In this document: positions 1 to 8,946 of the stretch, piece by piece
How positions within the stretch are numbered: position 1 is the stretch's first letter
How the letters are laid out: the number at the start of each line of letters is the position of its first letter
Assembly (NCBI GenBank): GCA_964645405.1
Contig: CAZYCA010000034.1
Location: 6,131-70,130 of the forward strand
DNA: 64,000 bases
Direction of reading: 5' to 3'
Origin: an uncultured bacterium
Lineage (GTDB): Bacteria > Ratteibacteria > UBA8468 > B48-G9 > DSTR01
The notes under the pieces: generated by a model
Seen by the model: only the letters and a program-made list of their open reading frames with translations
Databases searched by the model: none
Told to the model about the DNA's origin: nothing
Made by a program: the position numbers and the translations under genes

Positions 1-2123
1 TCTGGTCGGGCTGGTCCAGCCATGACAGCAAAAACTATCTCCCGGGGCTGACTGATTTTCTTCTCCACCTGGAAAAGGTTAATTCTGACAATCAGTTCCT
101 TTCCCTTTCTGATAAACTGCACACATTGTTTACTGTCATCAGTGACCCAGCCACGGTCATTATCAGCCATCCAGCAAAAACCACGGTCATAATCTCCTAC
201 CCAGAAGTAGGGAATGAAGGTACCAAGAACTACTGAATTGGGAATCTCCCTGCTGCTCCAGACAACACCCTGACCATCCGGAATATAACCTGCTTTATTC
301 GTTAAGCGAATGCTTTCCCCGCAGGCATGGTAGAGTATAGCCCTCTCGTTGCTCAAAGGGATGTCCAGAGATAAATTTTTTACTGTTATTTCCCTGTCAG
401 GAGAAACAACCAGATGATATTTCACCATTCCATCGTACTCTATTTCTCCCACCAGTCTGGTTCGTAAATCACCCCCCTGACTGTAAGCGTGGAAAATTAC
501 TTTACCCGGGGTGGCGGAAATAATCTTCAGAGAACCCACAGGCCGGAAGAAAAGATTCCCGCTTTCTGCCTGCCCGGACAAAGCACTGGGACGGGATAGG
601 AGAGGCTTTCCCCTGCTGATAATCTGCGCTGGCCAGCCAGTATCAGCAAAAAGATATTCCCTGCCCCAGCAAAACACTGATTTGTTTTTCACTTTCAAAG
701 GAGTAAAGGGTTCTATCACCTCATCTGAGACACCCAGCCTTGTATTCTCCCACTCAAAATTCTTCTTCTCAAAATCCGTTGTTTCTCTGGACAGCGCTTT
801 TCCTTCCCTGTCCAGCGCTACAAAGACTGCCTGGTACTCGGAAAAATTAAGAGGTAAATGCTTTATTAATGTCTCCCCGTAACCGAGGTTGAATCTGTCT
901 ATCAATCCGCAGCCAGCAACCTCTTCACTCTTTTTTGCCTGTAAGTAAAAGGCTATCCGGGCAAGTTTCTCCTTTTCCTTAAAATCATAAGTATCTACAG
1001 AAGCCTTCATAATTCCGTAAGAAGGGTAGGCATCCACGAAAACTTCAAAAGAACGTTGTTTACTTTTATCTATCCAGTCCATGACACCTTCTTTTACCTG
1101 CATCGTCTGAAAAATAAGTGTTTGCTTTGAGGAAGAATCATCCACCCGCAGAGTAACTACTTTCCTGTTGCTGGATACCCAGGAATTAAATCCAGTGTCA
1201 CCAGGTGCTGGCGCTCTTTTCTCTATCGTACCTGCCTTGTCCACCCAGTTAACATTTATTATTTTTTTCTGGAGAGTCCCTGCCTTTACGATAAGGTCTT
1301 CTTTCACTTTTTTCAGCAGTTGCCCGTTGGCTTCGTTTTTTACTTCCATTTCCACCGTAATGATAGTATCACAATTTCCACCGGTCACTTCCAGAACAAT
1401 ACTGGCATCGGCTTCCAGAATTTTTCCCAGGGAAAGGATTCTCACTGCTGCCACATCCCCGCCGAATTTCCCCCGGGCATAGTTACGAAAACCACCAGGA
1501 GTCCAGTTGGTGAAAACATATCTGGCATAGTCCCGGCACAGATTAATCCCGAAAACCTGGCTATCCTTTTCTATCTTCAGTTCACTCCGGTCAATGGCTA
1601 CTTCCGCCTCCCACCAGCCAGGACCGGAACTGCACTGGTACTGCCAGTTACCATTCCAGTGGAGAAGAGAATTTCCCACAGCAGGCCTGCTTTCAAAATC
1701 CTGAATAACGCCAAGGGAGTTACCTAAAAAGTGGTAATCCAGGTCCAGCGCTTTCTCATAGTCAGGAGAGATAAAAATTTCAATGGTGTCATCAGCACAG
1801 AGTCTTTTATGGTCCCTTTCCCGGGCTGCCCGGATGAGTTTGGAGTCAGGTGGAAAAGTACTTCTGAAGGCAAAATAAATTTTCTTTTCATCATAGGTGA
1901 CATAAGCCACAGCCTGCCTTTCTGTTGTCCAGCCGAAAATATGCTGGAAACCTGTTACTGCTGTCGCCCGGTTCCATTCTCCTGGCGAAATGCGACCATC
2001 TATAACAGGCGGTTGTTTTGTTCCGGGTATAACCAGAATGTTTTTCTCAGCTGCCAGAAGAAAATCTACCGCGAAAAGAAGAAAAAGATTAAACAGCAGG
2101 GCTACCTTTTCAGTCATTCTCAT
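1..2123 (-). CDS. Large secreted protein of the CBM9-like-N-terminal / 'ADNDRGW' paralog family. The gene starts at 2123 and its C-terminus runs beyond window position 1, so it is partial.
   Basis: Reverse-complement translation from ATG at 2121-2123 gives MRMTEKVALLFNLFLLFAVDFLLA... (signal peptide), then 'PPVIDGRISPGEWNRATAV' (CBM9-like) and later 'CWMADNDRGWVTDDSKQCVQFIRKG', which matches the cores of the 10634, 18114 and 43937 genes. An AAGGAG RBS lies 7 nt upstream. I translated about 700 aa by hand and met no stop codon. The gene is absent from the ORF track, presumably because it has no in-window stop. Confidence 0.6.
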   Translation of the reverse strand, partial: MRMTEKVALLFNLFLLFAVDFLLAAEKNILVIPGTKQPPVIDGRISPGEWNRATAVTGFQHIFGWTTERQAVAYVTYDEKKIYFAFRSTFPPDSKLIRAARERDHKRLCADDTIEIFISPDYEKALDLDYHFLGNSLGVIQDFESRPAVGNSLLHWNGNWQYQCSSGPGWWEAEVAIDRSELKIEKDSQVFGINLCRDYARYVFTNWTPGGFRNYARGKFGGDVAAVRILSLGKILEADASIVLEVTGGNCDTIITVEMEVKNEANGQLLKKVKEDLIVKAGTLQKKIINVNWVDKAGTIEKRAPAPGDTGFNSWVSSNRKVVTLRVDDSSSKQTLIFQTMQVKEGVMDWIDKSKQRSFEVFVDAYPSYGIMKASVDTYDFKEKEKLARIAFYLQAKKSEEVAGCGLIDRFNLGYGETLIKHLPLNFSEYQAVFVALDREGKALSRETTDFEKKNFEWENTRLGVSDEVIEPFTPLKVKNKSVFCWGREYLFADTGWPAQIISRGKPLLSRPSALSGQAESGNLFFRPVGSLKIISATPGKVIFHAYSQGGDLRTRLVGEIEYDGMVKYHLVVSPDREITVKNLSLDIPLSNERAILYHACGESIRLTNKAGYIPDGQGVVWSSREIPNSVVLGTFIPYFWVGDYDRGFCWMADNDRGWVTDDSKQCVQFIRKGKELIVRINLFQVEKKISQPREIVFAVMAGPARP

Positions 2124-4173
2124 TTTTCGACTCCTTTTTTACGGGCCCAATAAGGGAAGTATCAATCTCCTGAAAACCAATCTGAAAAGCAGGTGAATCA
2201 GGAGATAACCGGAAATCAAAGGTAGAAAGATTAGCAAATTTCGGATCAGCCACCACGCTGTGAGAATCAAAACCCAGCTGCCGCCACTGGTTAAAGTTCC
2301 TCTGAGTGTTATCATCACCAACATTCATTACCGGTTCCGGCCGGCTTATATCCCAGTAAAGATTGGCATCACATATCATTTTCCTTTTATCTTTTCCGTA
2401 GTCCCCGCTCCAGATTGGTTGCCCATCAGAAATAACAATATTATGTTCAAAGATTATGCCGGTGTGTGGCTCTATTCTGGTGTAACGTAACATCTGCTGG
2501 TTGCCAAAGACGAAAATGTTATTCCGGACAATGTTTTCTTTCCCGTAATGTTGATGAAAGGCTTCACGGTTGGTACGATAGCAAATGTTATTTTCCAGCA
2601 AGATGTAGCTTGACCCTTCATCTGTGTAAAGAGCCCAGCCTCCGTAAGTACGACAGGTGATGTCATGAATCAGGTTATAACGGATTCTTGTCCCCGGTTG
2701 CACCCCTAAGGTATAGATGCCACCCATGTCAGAAAGTTTGCCATGCCCTAAGTCATGGATGTGGTTATACTCAATAATGTTACCATAACTATGGCTTTCC
2801 TGATAACCCCAGGTCCAGCCCACAGAAATACCGGTGTAGTAGAAGTGATGAATATGGTTATGCACTACCTGGTTACCACTGGCATTACCGATTAAAACTC
2901 CCACAGCACTGGGATAAATCAATCCTCCGTCGTAAATTTCACAGTCAGTGATGATGTTCCGATTACATCTGTGCCAGATTTTTATTCCCCCTGCTCCTAA
3001 ATCATTGATGGTGCAACTGGCGACTGTGATATTACTGACATCTTCTTCCATTGCCAGCGCATAAGTACCCAGATGACTGAGGGAACAGTTTTCCAACCGG
3101 CAATCTCTAGTGTTTCTTAAGGTAATAGCCGCCGGAACTCCTACGGAAGCCTGAGCAGAACCAGCAAAATCAGAAGGAACCTGCCACTGGTTGTGAGCAA
3201 AGTTTATCTTTCTAAAAATGATGTTTTCCACCTTTAAACCATCTTCCCCGGGCTGTCCTTCCAGACGGAGAAGTTCTTCCAGGAATGGTGCCACTACCTC
3301 ACAATTTTCAGGCGTCTCACCAGGCAAAGGTAAGTAGTAGAGTTTACCTTCACTCCGGTCCAGATACCACTGTCCTGGTTTTCTTAAAGCCTCAAAGACA
3401 TTCTCAATAATGTAGGGAGCACCTTCACTGCTATGGTCCATTGTCAGCCGCATACCGGTACTTCTGTCCAGATAAACTATCTTTTCTTCCTCGTCAACCC
3501 TGGCTACCTGGACATGAATGCAGACCCACAGAATAAAGAAGTGTACCTCCACATCACCAAGATTGCGCCAGTGACCCTGAAACTGGTCTCCGTGGTAGCC
3601 AAAACGTTTTACTCCTTTTCTCATGGTGGACCAGCCACCTTCTAAATCAGAATCAAGAACCCTGGCTACATAATACTCACCTTCTTCCGGAAGCCTCGGC
3701 CGAAAACGTCTTTTGCCATTAACCCACAGCTGCCGGAAGTACCATTTCCCTTCCTTTACCTCCGGTATTTCTGCTACCCAGGCTTTTTGATTGTTGACTG
3801 TGGTAAAAGACCAGTTCTCAATTTTCCGGCCCCCACTTAAGGTTACCTTTTCCTCCTGCCAGGTAGTATAAACAACCGGGTATTCCGGCATACCTGTAGT
3901 GTGCGGTGGTTTGCTTTCCGGAGCACCTGAATCAGCCGGGCTGAAAACAAGCGGTTTTTCAAGGTAGTATGTTCCTTCTCGCAAATACACAAAGACTGGC
4001 CAGATTGCTTCGCCAGTCTGTTTCAATTTGCGGATAGCAGACTGTGCTGCCTCGATAGTAGCAAACGGTCCATCTGTCCGCAAACTGTTAGGTTCTGGTA
4101 GTCTTCCAGACCAGCTGTCAGAACCGTCAGGAGAAATAAAGAAACAGGCAGGTTTTCTTATCTTTTCTTCCAT
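2110..4173 (-). CDS. Right-handed parallel beta-helix repeat protein (pectin-lyase fold; polysaccharide lyase/hydrolase-like)
   Basis: The N-terminus 'ISPDGSDSWSGRLPEPNSLRTDGPFATIEAAQSAIRKL' is typical of the DUF1565/pectate-lyase-3 type. There are repeated 'N-x-I-H' PbH1-like turns (VHNHIHHF, EYNHIHDLG, RYNLIHDI, ENNICYR, RNNIFVFG, EHNIVISDG). Confidence 0.6.
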   Translation of the reverse strand: MEEKIRKPACFFISPDGSDSWSGRLPEPNSLRTDGPFATIEAAQSAIRKLKQTGEAIWPVFVYLREGTYYLEKPLVFSPADSGAPESKPPHTTGMPEYPVVYTTWQEEKVTLSGGRKIENWSFTTVNNQKAWVAEIPEVKEGKWYFRQLWVNGKRRFRPRLPEEGEYYVARVLDSDLEGGWSTMRKGVKRFGYHGDQFQGHWRNLGDVEVHFFILWVCIHVQVARVDEEEKIVYLDRSTGMRLTMDHSSEGAPYIIENVFEALRKPGQWYLDRSEGKLYYLPLPGETPENCEVVAPFLEELLRLEGQPGEDGLKVENIIFRKINFAHNQWQVPSDFAGSAQASVGVPAAITLRNTRDCRLENCSLSHLGTYALAMEEDVSNITVASCTINDLGAGGIKIWHRCNRNIITDCEIYDGGLIYPSAVGVLIGNASGNQVVHNHIHHFYYTGISVGWTWGYQESHSYGNIIEYNHIHDLGHGKLSDMGGIYTLGVQPGTRIRYNLIHDITCRTYGGWALYTDEGSSYILLENNICYRTNREAFHQHYGKENIVRNNIFVFGNQQMLRYTRIEPHTGIIFEHNIVISDGQPIWSGDYGKDKRKMICDANLYWDISRPEPVMNVGDDNTQRNFNQWRQLGFDSHSVVADPKFANLSTFDFRLSPDSPAFQIGFQEIDTSLIGPVKKESKNEND

Positions 4174-4191
4174 AAATATTTCTCCCTACAA

Positions 4192-5496
4192 TTATCTTTT
4201 CCCTGCTGGTAAGGTTGGTTCTCCCGGATCAAGACCGTTTTGTGGATTCAACCTTGCTGTTTCCGGTAAAGGAAGATTACCTTCCAGCAAAGGGTCTTCA
4301 GTTTTCTTCATCCATTCCTTTAGTTTGTTCCGCATCTGATTCAGGACATCACTGACTTCCGGAGAAGCAACAAGATTGTTGGTTTCACCAGGGTCAAAAA
4401 TCAAATCATAGAGTTCTTCCCGCGGTAACCGGTGCTCATTCCAGTTGTAACGCAACCAGAATGACTTGCTGAAACCAGCATCAGTATTGGGAAGAACAGG
4501 TCTCAGGTAGCTGTGGTATCTTTTTATGTATTTGTACCGTTCTGTACGGATACACCGGCAGGGTTCATAGGCAGCATGATAGTTAATCTGGGCAAAAATC
4601 TCTTTTCTTACCTCCTCTTTTCCTGAAAGCAGGGGTAAAAGAGAAACTCCTTGCAGCCATTCTGGAGGAGGAATCTTTAAATACTGGCAGATAGTTGGAA
4701 GAATATCAATCTGACTGATTAAGCTATCTATAACCTTTCCGCCGGTGAAGTTTTCCCCATCCCTGATTATTAACATTACTCCGATGCCACCATCATAGAG
4801 GGTACATTTCATCCTGGGAAAGGCTGGACCGTGGTCGGTGGTACAAATCACCACTGTCCTGTCTTTCAACCCATTTGCCTCCAGAGCTTCCAGCACCAGC
4901 CCCATTTTTCTATCAAGGATTTTAACACTTTCCTGAAAACCAGCCATATCTACCCTGACTTCTGGCCTATCAGGTAAAGGATGGGGAACGTTGACATAAC
5001 GGGCATTTTCTGCAGGTACCTGCGGGAAAGGTCTGTGGGTTTCAATGAATCCAACAGAAAGGAAAAAAGGTTCTGGGGGATTTCCGGAAAGGAACTGGCA
5101 GGCTTTCTTCTCAGCCTGGTCACAAGTTCCCAGAAAAGCGTCGTAGCCGATGGTGCGCCACGGGTCCTGCGGTGTGTGAAGTTCATGTTGAATACCGGAG
5201 AGAAAACAGCTGTATCCTGCGCTTTTCAATATCTGTACCAGGTGGTGACGGTAGTCTTTCATCCTGAAACCACGATGAGCCAGCCCTAACATTCCGTTTT
5301 GATGAGGATATTGTCCGGTTAACAGGGCTGCCCTGCTGGGAGAACAGGTGGGACCAGCACAATATGCCTGCCGAAAGAGTACACCTTGCTCTGCCAGTTT
5401 TTGCAGATGGGGAGTGGAGAAGGCATAGCCATAAGGTTGAATATAACGACCGGTATCATGGGAGTGCAGGTAGAGGATATTTTTTCTCACAGCCAT
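4192..5496 (-). CDS. Formylglycine-dependent sulfatase (arylsulfatase family)
   Basis: The sulfatase signature 'CAGPTCSPSRAALLTGQYPHQNG' (C-x-P-x-R) sits near the N-terminus. 'TDHGP' and general sulfatase architecture follow. No obvious signal peptide. Confidence 0.85.
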   Translation of the reverse strand: MAVRKNILYLHSHDTGRYIQPYGYAFSTPHLQKLAEQGVLFRQAYCAGPTCSPSRAALLTGQYPHQNGMLGLAHRGFRMKDYRHHLVQILKSAGYSCFLSGIQHELHTPQDPWRTIGYDAFLGTCDQAEKKACQFLSGNPPEPFFLSVGFIETHRPFPQVPAENARYVNVPHPLPDRPEVRVDMAGFQESVKILDRKMGLVLEALEANGLKDRTVVICTTDHGPAFPRMKCTLYDGGIGVMLIIRDGENFTGGKVIDSLISQIDILPTICQYLKIPPPEWLQGVSLLPLLSGKEEVRKEIFAQINYHAAYEPCRCIRTERYKYIKRYHSYLRPVLPNTDAGFSKSFWLRYNWNEHRLPREELYDLIFDPGETNNLVASPEVSDVLNQMRNKLKEWMKKTEDPLLEGNLPLPETARLNPQNGLDPGEPTLPAGKR

Positions 5497-5506
5497 CTTT
5501 TCCAGT

Positions 5507-6586
5507 TTAAACCATCAGCAAAAATTTTTCCAGTTTCTGCAAAAAGTAGCAATAGTTTTCCAAGGAAATATCCGAGGAAACAGAATGGTCAATGGCCGGG
5601 ATAAACCCACCTTCCCTGATTAAAGGAAGGCAACGTTTTAGTGCAGAATCAATAGATTGTTTCCCTCTGGCAACTTCCCTTTTATCAATGCCACCAATCA
5701 TTCTCACCTGTTTGCCCCACCTGGCTCGCAGTTGTACCGGGTCCATTCCAGCTGCCACTTCACAGGGTGCAAAAGTGTTGATGCCAGCAGAGAGTAAATC
5801 AGGTAACAGATTCCTTAAATCTCCGTCACTATCAAACCAGGTGAGTTTAACTCCATAAGAGCGGGCAAGATTGACTGCTTGCTGGTAACAGGGAAGAATT
5901 AACTGGCGAAACATTTGCGGAGAAATAAGAGGCCCGGTTTTGTAGGCAATATCTTCCCCGAAACCAAGGCAGTCAACCTGTATCCGGCTGCAGGTTCTTT
6001 TTATTCCTTCCAGGACTATAGTCAGATACCTCTGAAAAAGTTTTTCCACCAGAGAAGTAGCATCATAAAGAAGATAGCTGGCTACTTCTACCCCAGCCAG
6101 GGAGCGTAAAGTCCAGTAATAACAACCACCATCAATAACTCTTACCGCATCGGTTCTGCTGGCTTCCCCTATTCTTTTTTCCCAGTCCTCACCGAAACGC
6201 AAATCCATTGTTTCCAGGACAAAGTGTTCCTCTATTATTCTTTCTAAATCAGAGGCGTTTTTTACCGGGAATTCCAGCCACTCCGGCATGGAAGTATGGT
6301 CCAGAAAGGTTTTTACCTTCCTGCCGTAGCCATCAATGGAAATCCGGTAATTATCCCTTTCTTCAATAATTTTCTCTTCAAAGGGTGGCCACAGTCCCAT
6401 TCTGGGACCGACATAAAGAGAACGTATAGGCTGCAACCCCAGATACTGGTGAACATCCACACCTTCAGGTAAACCTTCCTTTTTCCATCGTTTTAAGGTA
6501 TCAGGCCAGATACCAACAACATATAACGGCCTTCTATCCACAGGTTGATAGGTCATCGTGCGGATAAATCTTTCTCTGCTGGTCAT
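5507..6586 (-). CDS. Uroporphyrinogen decarboxylase (URO-D) family protein (MtaA/CmuA-like, non-tetrapyrrole paralog)
   Basis: The length and motifs fit the URO-D TIM-barrel family ('TFAPCEVAAGMDPVQLRARWGKQVRMIGGIDK'). Its position in a CAZyme/sulfatase operon argues against a haem-biosynthesis role. Confidence 0.55.
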   Translation of the reverse strand: MTSRERFIRTMTYQPVDRRPLYVVGIWPDTLKRWKKEGLPEGVDVHQYLGLQPIRSLYVGPRMGLWPPFEEKIIEERDNYRISIDGYGRKVKTFLDHTSMPEWLEFPVKNASDLERIIEEHFVLETMDLRFGEDWEKRIGEASRTDAVRVIDGGCYYWTLRSLAGVEVASYLLYDATSLVEKLFQRYLTIVLEGIKRTCSRIQVDCLGFGEDIAYKTGPLISPQMFRQLILPCYQQAVNLARSYGVKLTWFDSDGDLRNLLPDLLSAGINTFAPCEVAAGMDPVQLRARWGKQVRMIGGIDKREVARGKQSIDSALKRCLPLIREGGFIPAIDHSVSSDISLENYCYFLQKLEKFLLMV

Positions 6587-6591
6587 GGTTT

Positions 6592-8931
6592 TTAGAGTTT
6601 GGCATCAGGACCAATGGGCATTTCACCTTCCTGTGTTTTAACTTTTTCCCGGGAAAGAATGATAATATCAGCAGTAATCGGCCGGAAACCTGTTGGGTCA
6701 AGAAGGTTTATCCGGCATAGTGCTACTCCGTTTTCCTCCAGGGACTTTAAGGCTGAAACTTCCCATAAAGGAATTCTGACAGTTACTTTCTCCCCTGGCT
6801 GGCAGTCCACTCTGATATCCCGGAATTCTCTGCTCATACCCATCCAGCGACTGCCAGCAGTTAACTGGGTGCGGAAAATACACTGGTTTAAGTTATAGGA
6901 GTTGTAATGGTTGGTGACAGGAAACTCAATGTAATCCTGTCCCTTCTGCCAGTAGACCCGGGCAGGAAATTTCACCGGACTGAAAGCTACCCGGAGAGCC
7001 CAGAAATAAGGTTTGGGTAAAAGGTCAGCCGTCATCACACCCCAGTCCGCATCTTCAGCCCAGCGCACCCAGCCCCAGGGATTTTTCCCAGAACCGGAGC
7101 AAATCCAGGGGAAGTAGGCTGCCCCAAGACAGGTAGGGTCTTCCCGCATGAAACCCCACTCCCTTTCCAGCCTCTCTATGAAGACCTGCAGGGAATTTTT
7201 CCCGCTGAGGGGGTCTTCAGGATAATCGTCAATCACAGAAAGATAAGGAGCATTGAGTAAATCTGGCATCATATTAAAAATCCCGTATTCTGAAGAAAAC
7301 CATACACCGCTCCACCCTTTCTTTATTGCTTCTTCCCGGGTTATTTCCTCCAGGTCACCATCCCAGGAACGTGGATTCTTGATTCTACCGGTACGGTGCA
7401 TTTCCTTGACTAAAGAAAAACTGTAATGGGTGTCAGCGATGTCACCAACCCGGACTTCAAAAATCGCCTTGATTTTATTAGCCGGTCCAGGCGGGGGAAA
7501 CATCGTTGGTCTGTCAGGATCAAGCTTTTTACAGAAACGATGAAATATACGGAGATGATTCCACCCGTCCTCAGCTACTTCTGCGTTCAACGGCAGATTT
7601 TCGTTTCCCACACTCCAGACCATCACAGAGGGATGATGTCTGTCCCGTAAGATTCCACCCTGAATTCTCATCAAAGCCGGACCAACCCATTCCGGGTCAT
7701 GGATGTAGTCTGTACCCCAGTCAATCGGTAATTCCTGGAGCAAATAAATACCTATTTCATCACACAGCTCTGCCAGGCACCGGGGACCGAGGAAATGCGT
7801 TCTGATGGCATTAACATTGGCTTTTTTCATCAGAAGAAGGTTACGTCGCAACCATTCTTTCGGGGTATACATGCCACCTTCAGGATGATAGGTAAGGTGG
7901 TTCACTCCCCGGAATTTAATAAACCTACCGTTCAGTCTCGGTCCTTCCGGGGATAAATCCAGACGCCTGAATCCTGTCCGGTAGTGAAAAAGTTGCTCCG
8001 GATAACCTTTCACCGCCAGAATCAAGCAGACAGTATAAAGGTTAGGTTGTTCATCATTCCACAAAAACGGTTTTTCCAGTGAAAGCGATACAGGCAGGGA
8101 GATTTCCTCACCTGGTTTAATCTGGAAGGAGATAGAATCCTGGGCTATTTTTTCACCGGATGGGTCATAAAGAAACAAACTGAGTTTCCCCTTAGCCAGA
8201 CCCTGGAAACTGGTAATCTTTACCTGGCCAGATATCTGGCCACAGGACAAATCTGGTGAAAGCCTGCTTTGCAAATGGTAGTCAGAAAGCTGAACCTGTT
8301 CTGTAGCAAAAAGATAGGCTGACTGGGCAAGACCACAAAACTCCACTGCATGTCTTACCATATCCATCTTGTGGAATCTGTGTTTCCGTAAGAGCCTGAC
8401 CGCCACCAGATTCTTCCTGTCAGGTAAAACCTTGCCTGTGACATCAAACTCTACCGGTGTCAGGCCACTGTAATGAGCACCAAGGTATTCTCCATTGAGA
8501 TAAAGCTGACCGGCTGGATAGATAGAATCAAACCTCAGGTAAATGCGTTTCCCTTCCCATTCAGCTGGACAGTAGAAATGCCGCCTGATAATCGCACCAT
8601 CACGGTCATCAAGATGCGTTTGTGTCACCCGGTTCCAGTTGGGGATAGGTTTGCTATGTGCCTGGGAATCTGCATAAAATACCTTCCCTGGTTGAGAAAC
8701 AGTTTCCCAAAAACTGTCATCCACTTCTGGACCGGCGAGAAACTTTTCTGGTTTCTTGAAAGGCCAGCGTTTCACCTGCCACGCTCCATCAAGAAACAAC
8801 ATAGCATTGTCCGGAACAGGTACATAACGGACAGGAGTTAAGGTTGTTTTCCTTCCGTCCGGGAAAACTACCCCGGTTACTGTTTTCAACTGCAATTGTT
8901 TCTCTATCAAGGCATCACCGTCAATCAACAT
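6592..8931 (-). CDS. Glycoside hydrolase family 2 (beta-galactosidase/beta-mannosidase/beta-glucuronidase-like)
   Basis: The GH2 TIM-barrel block 'NAIRTHF...CDEIGIYLLQELPIDW' and the acid/base region 'RDRHHPSVMVWSVGNENLP' parallel LacZ 'RDRNHPSVIIWSLGNESG'. Sugar-binding and Ig-like regions lie N-terminal to it. Confidence 0.65.
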   Translation of the reverse strand: MLIDGDALIEKQLQLKTVTGVVFPDGRKTTLTPVRYVPVPDNAMLFLDGAWQVKRWPFKKPEKFLAGPEVDDSFWETVSQPGKVFYADSQAHSKPIPNWNRVTQTHLDDRDGAIIRRHFYCPAEWEGKRIYLRFDSIYPAGQLYLNGEYLGAHYSGLTPVEFDVTGKVLPDRKNLVAVRLLRKHRFHKMDMVRHAVEFCGLAQSAYLFATEQVQLSDYHLQSRLSPDLSCGQISGQVKITSFQGLAKGKLSLFLYDPSGEKIAQDSISFQIKPGEEISLPVSLSLEKPFLWNDEQPNLYTVCLILAVKGYPEQLFHYRTGFRRLDLSPEGPRLNGRFIKFRGVNHLTYHPEGGMYTPKEWLRRNLLLMKKANVNAIRTHFLGPRCLAELCDEIGIYLLQELPIDWGTDYIHDPEWVGPALMRIQGGILRDRHHPSVMVWSVGNENLPLNAEVAEDGWNHLRIFHRFCKKLDPDRPTMFPPPGPANKIKAIFEVRVGDIADTHYSFSLVKEMHRTGRIKNPRSWDGDLEEITREEAIKKGWSGVWFSSEYGIFNMMPDLLNAPYLSVIDDYPEDPLSGKNSLQVFIERLEREWGFMREDPTCLGAAYFPWICSGSGKNPWGWVRWAEDADWGVMTADLLPKPYFWALRVAFSPVKFPARVYWQKGQDYIEFPVTNHYNSYNLNQCIFRTQLTAGSRWMGMSREFRDIRVDCQPGEKVTVRIPLWEVSALKSLEENGVALCRINLLDPTGFRPITADIIILSREKVKTQEGEMPIGPDAKL

Positions 8932-8946
8932 TTTTCTCCTTTCTGT

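Noticed and set aside
511-2196. Several plus-strand ORFs (511..882, 1168..1482, 1320..1727, 1731..2153, 1990..2196)
   Set aside because: They are antisense to a continuous minus-strand reading frame (1..2123) that encodes a clear paralog of the large secreted family. Their composition is low-complexity (S/F/P/R-rich), typical of antisense frames.
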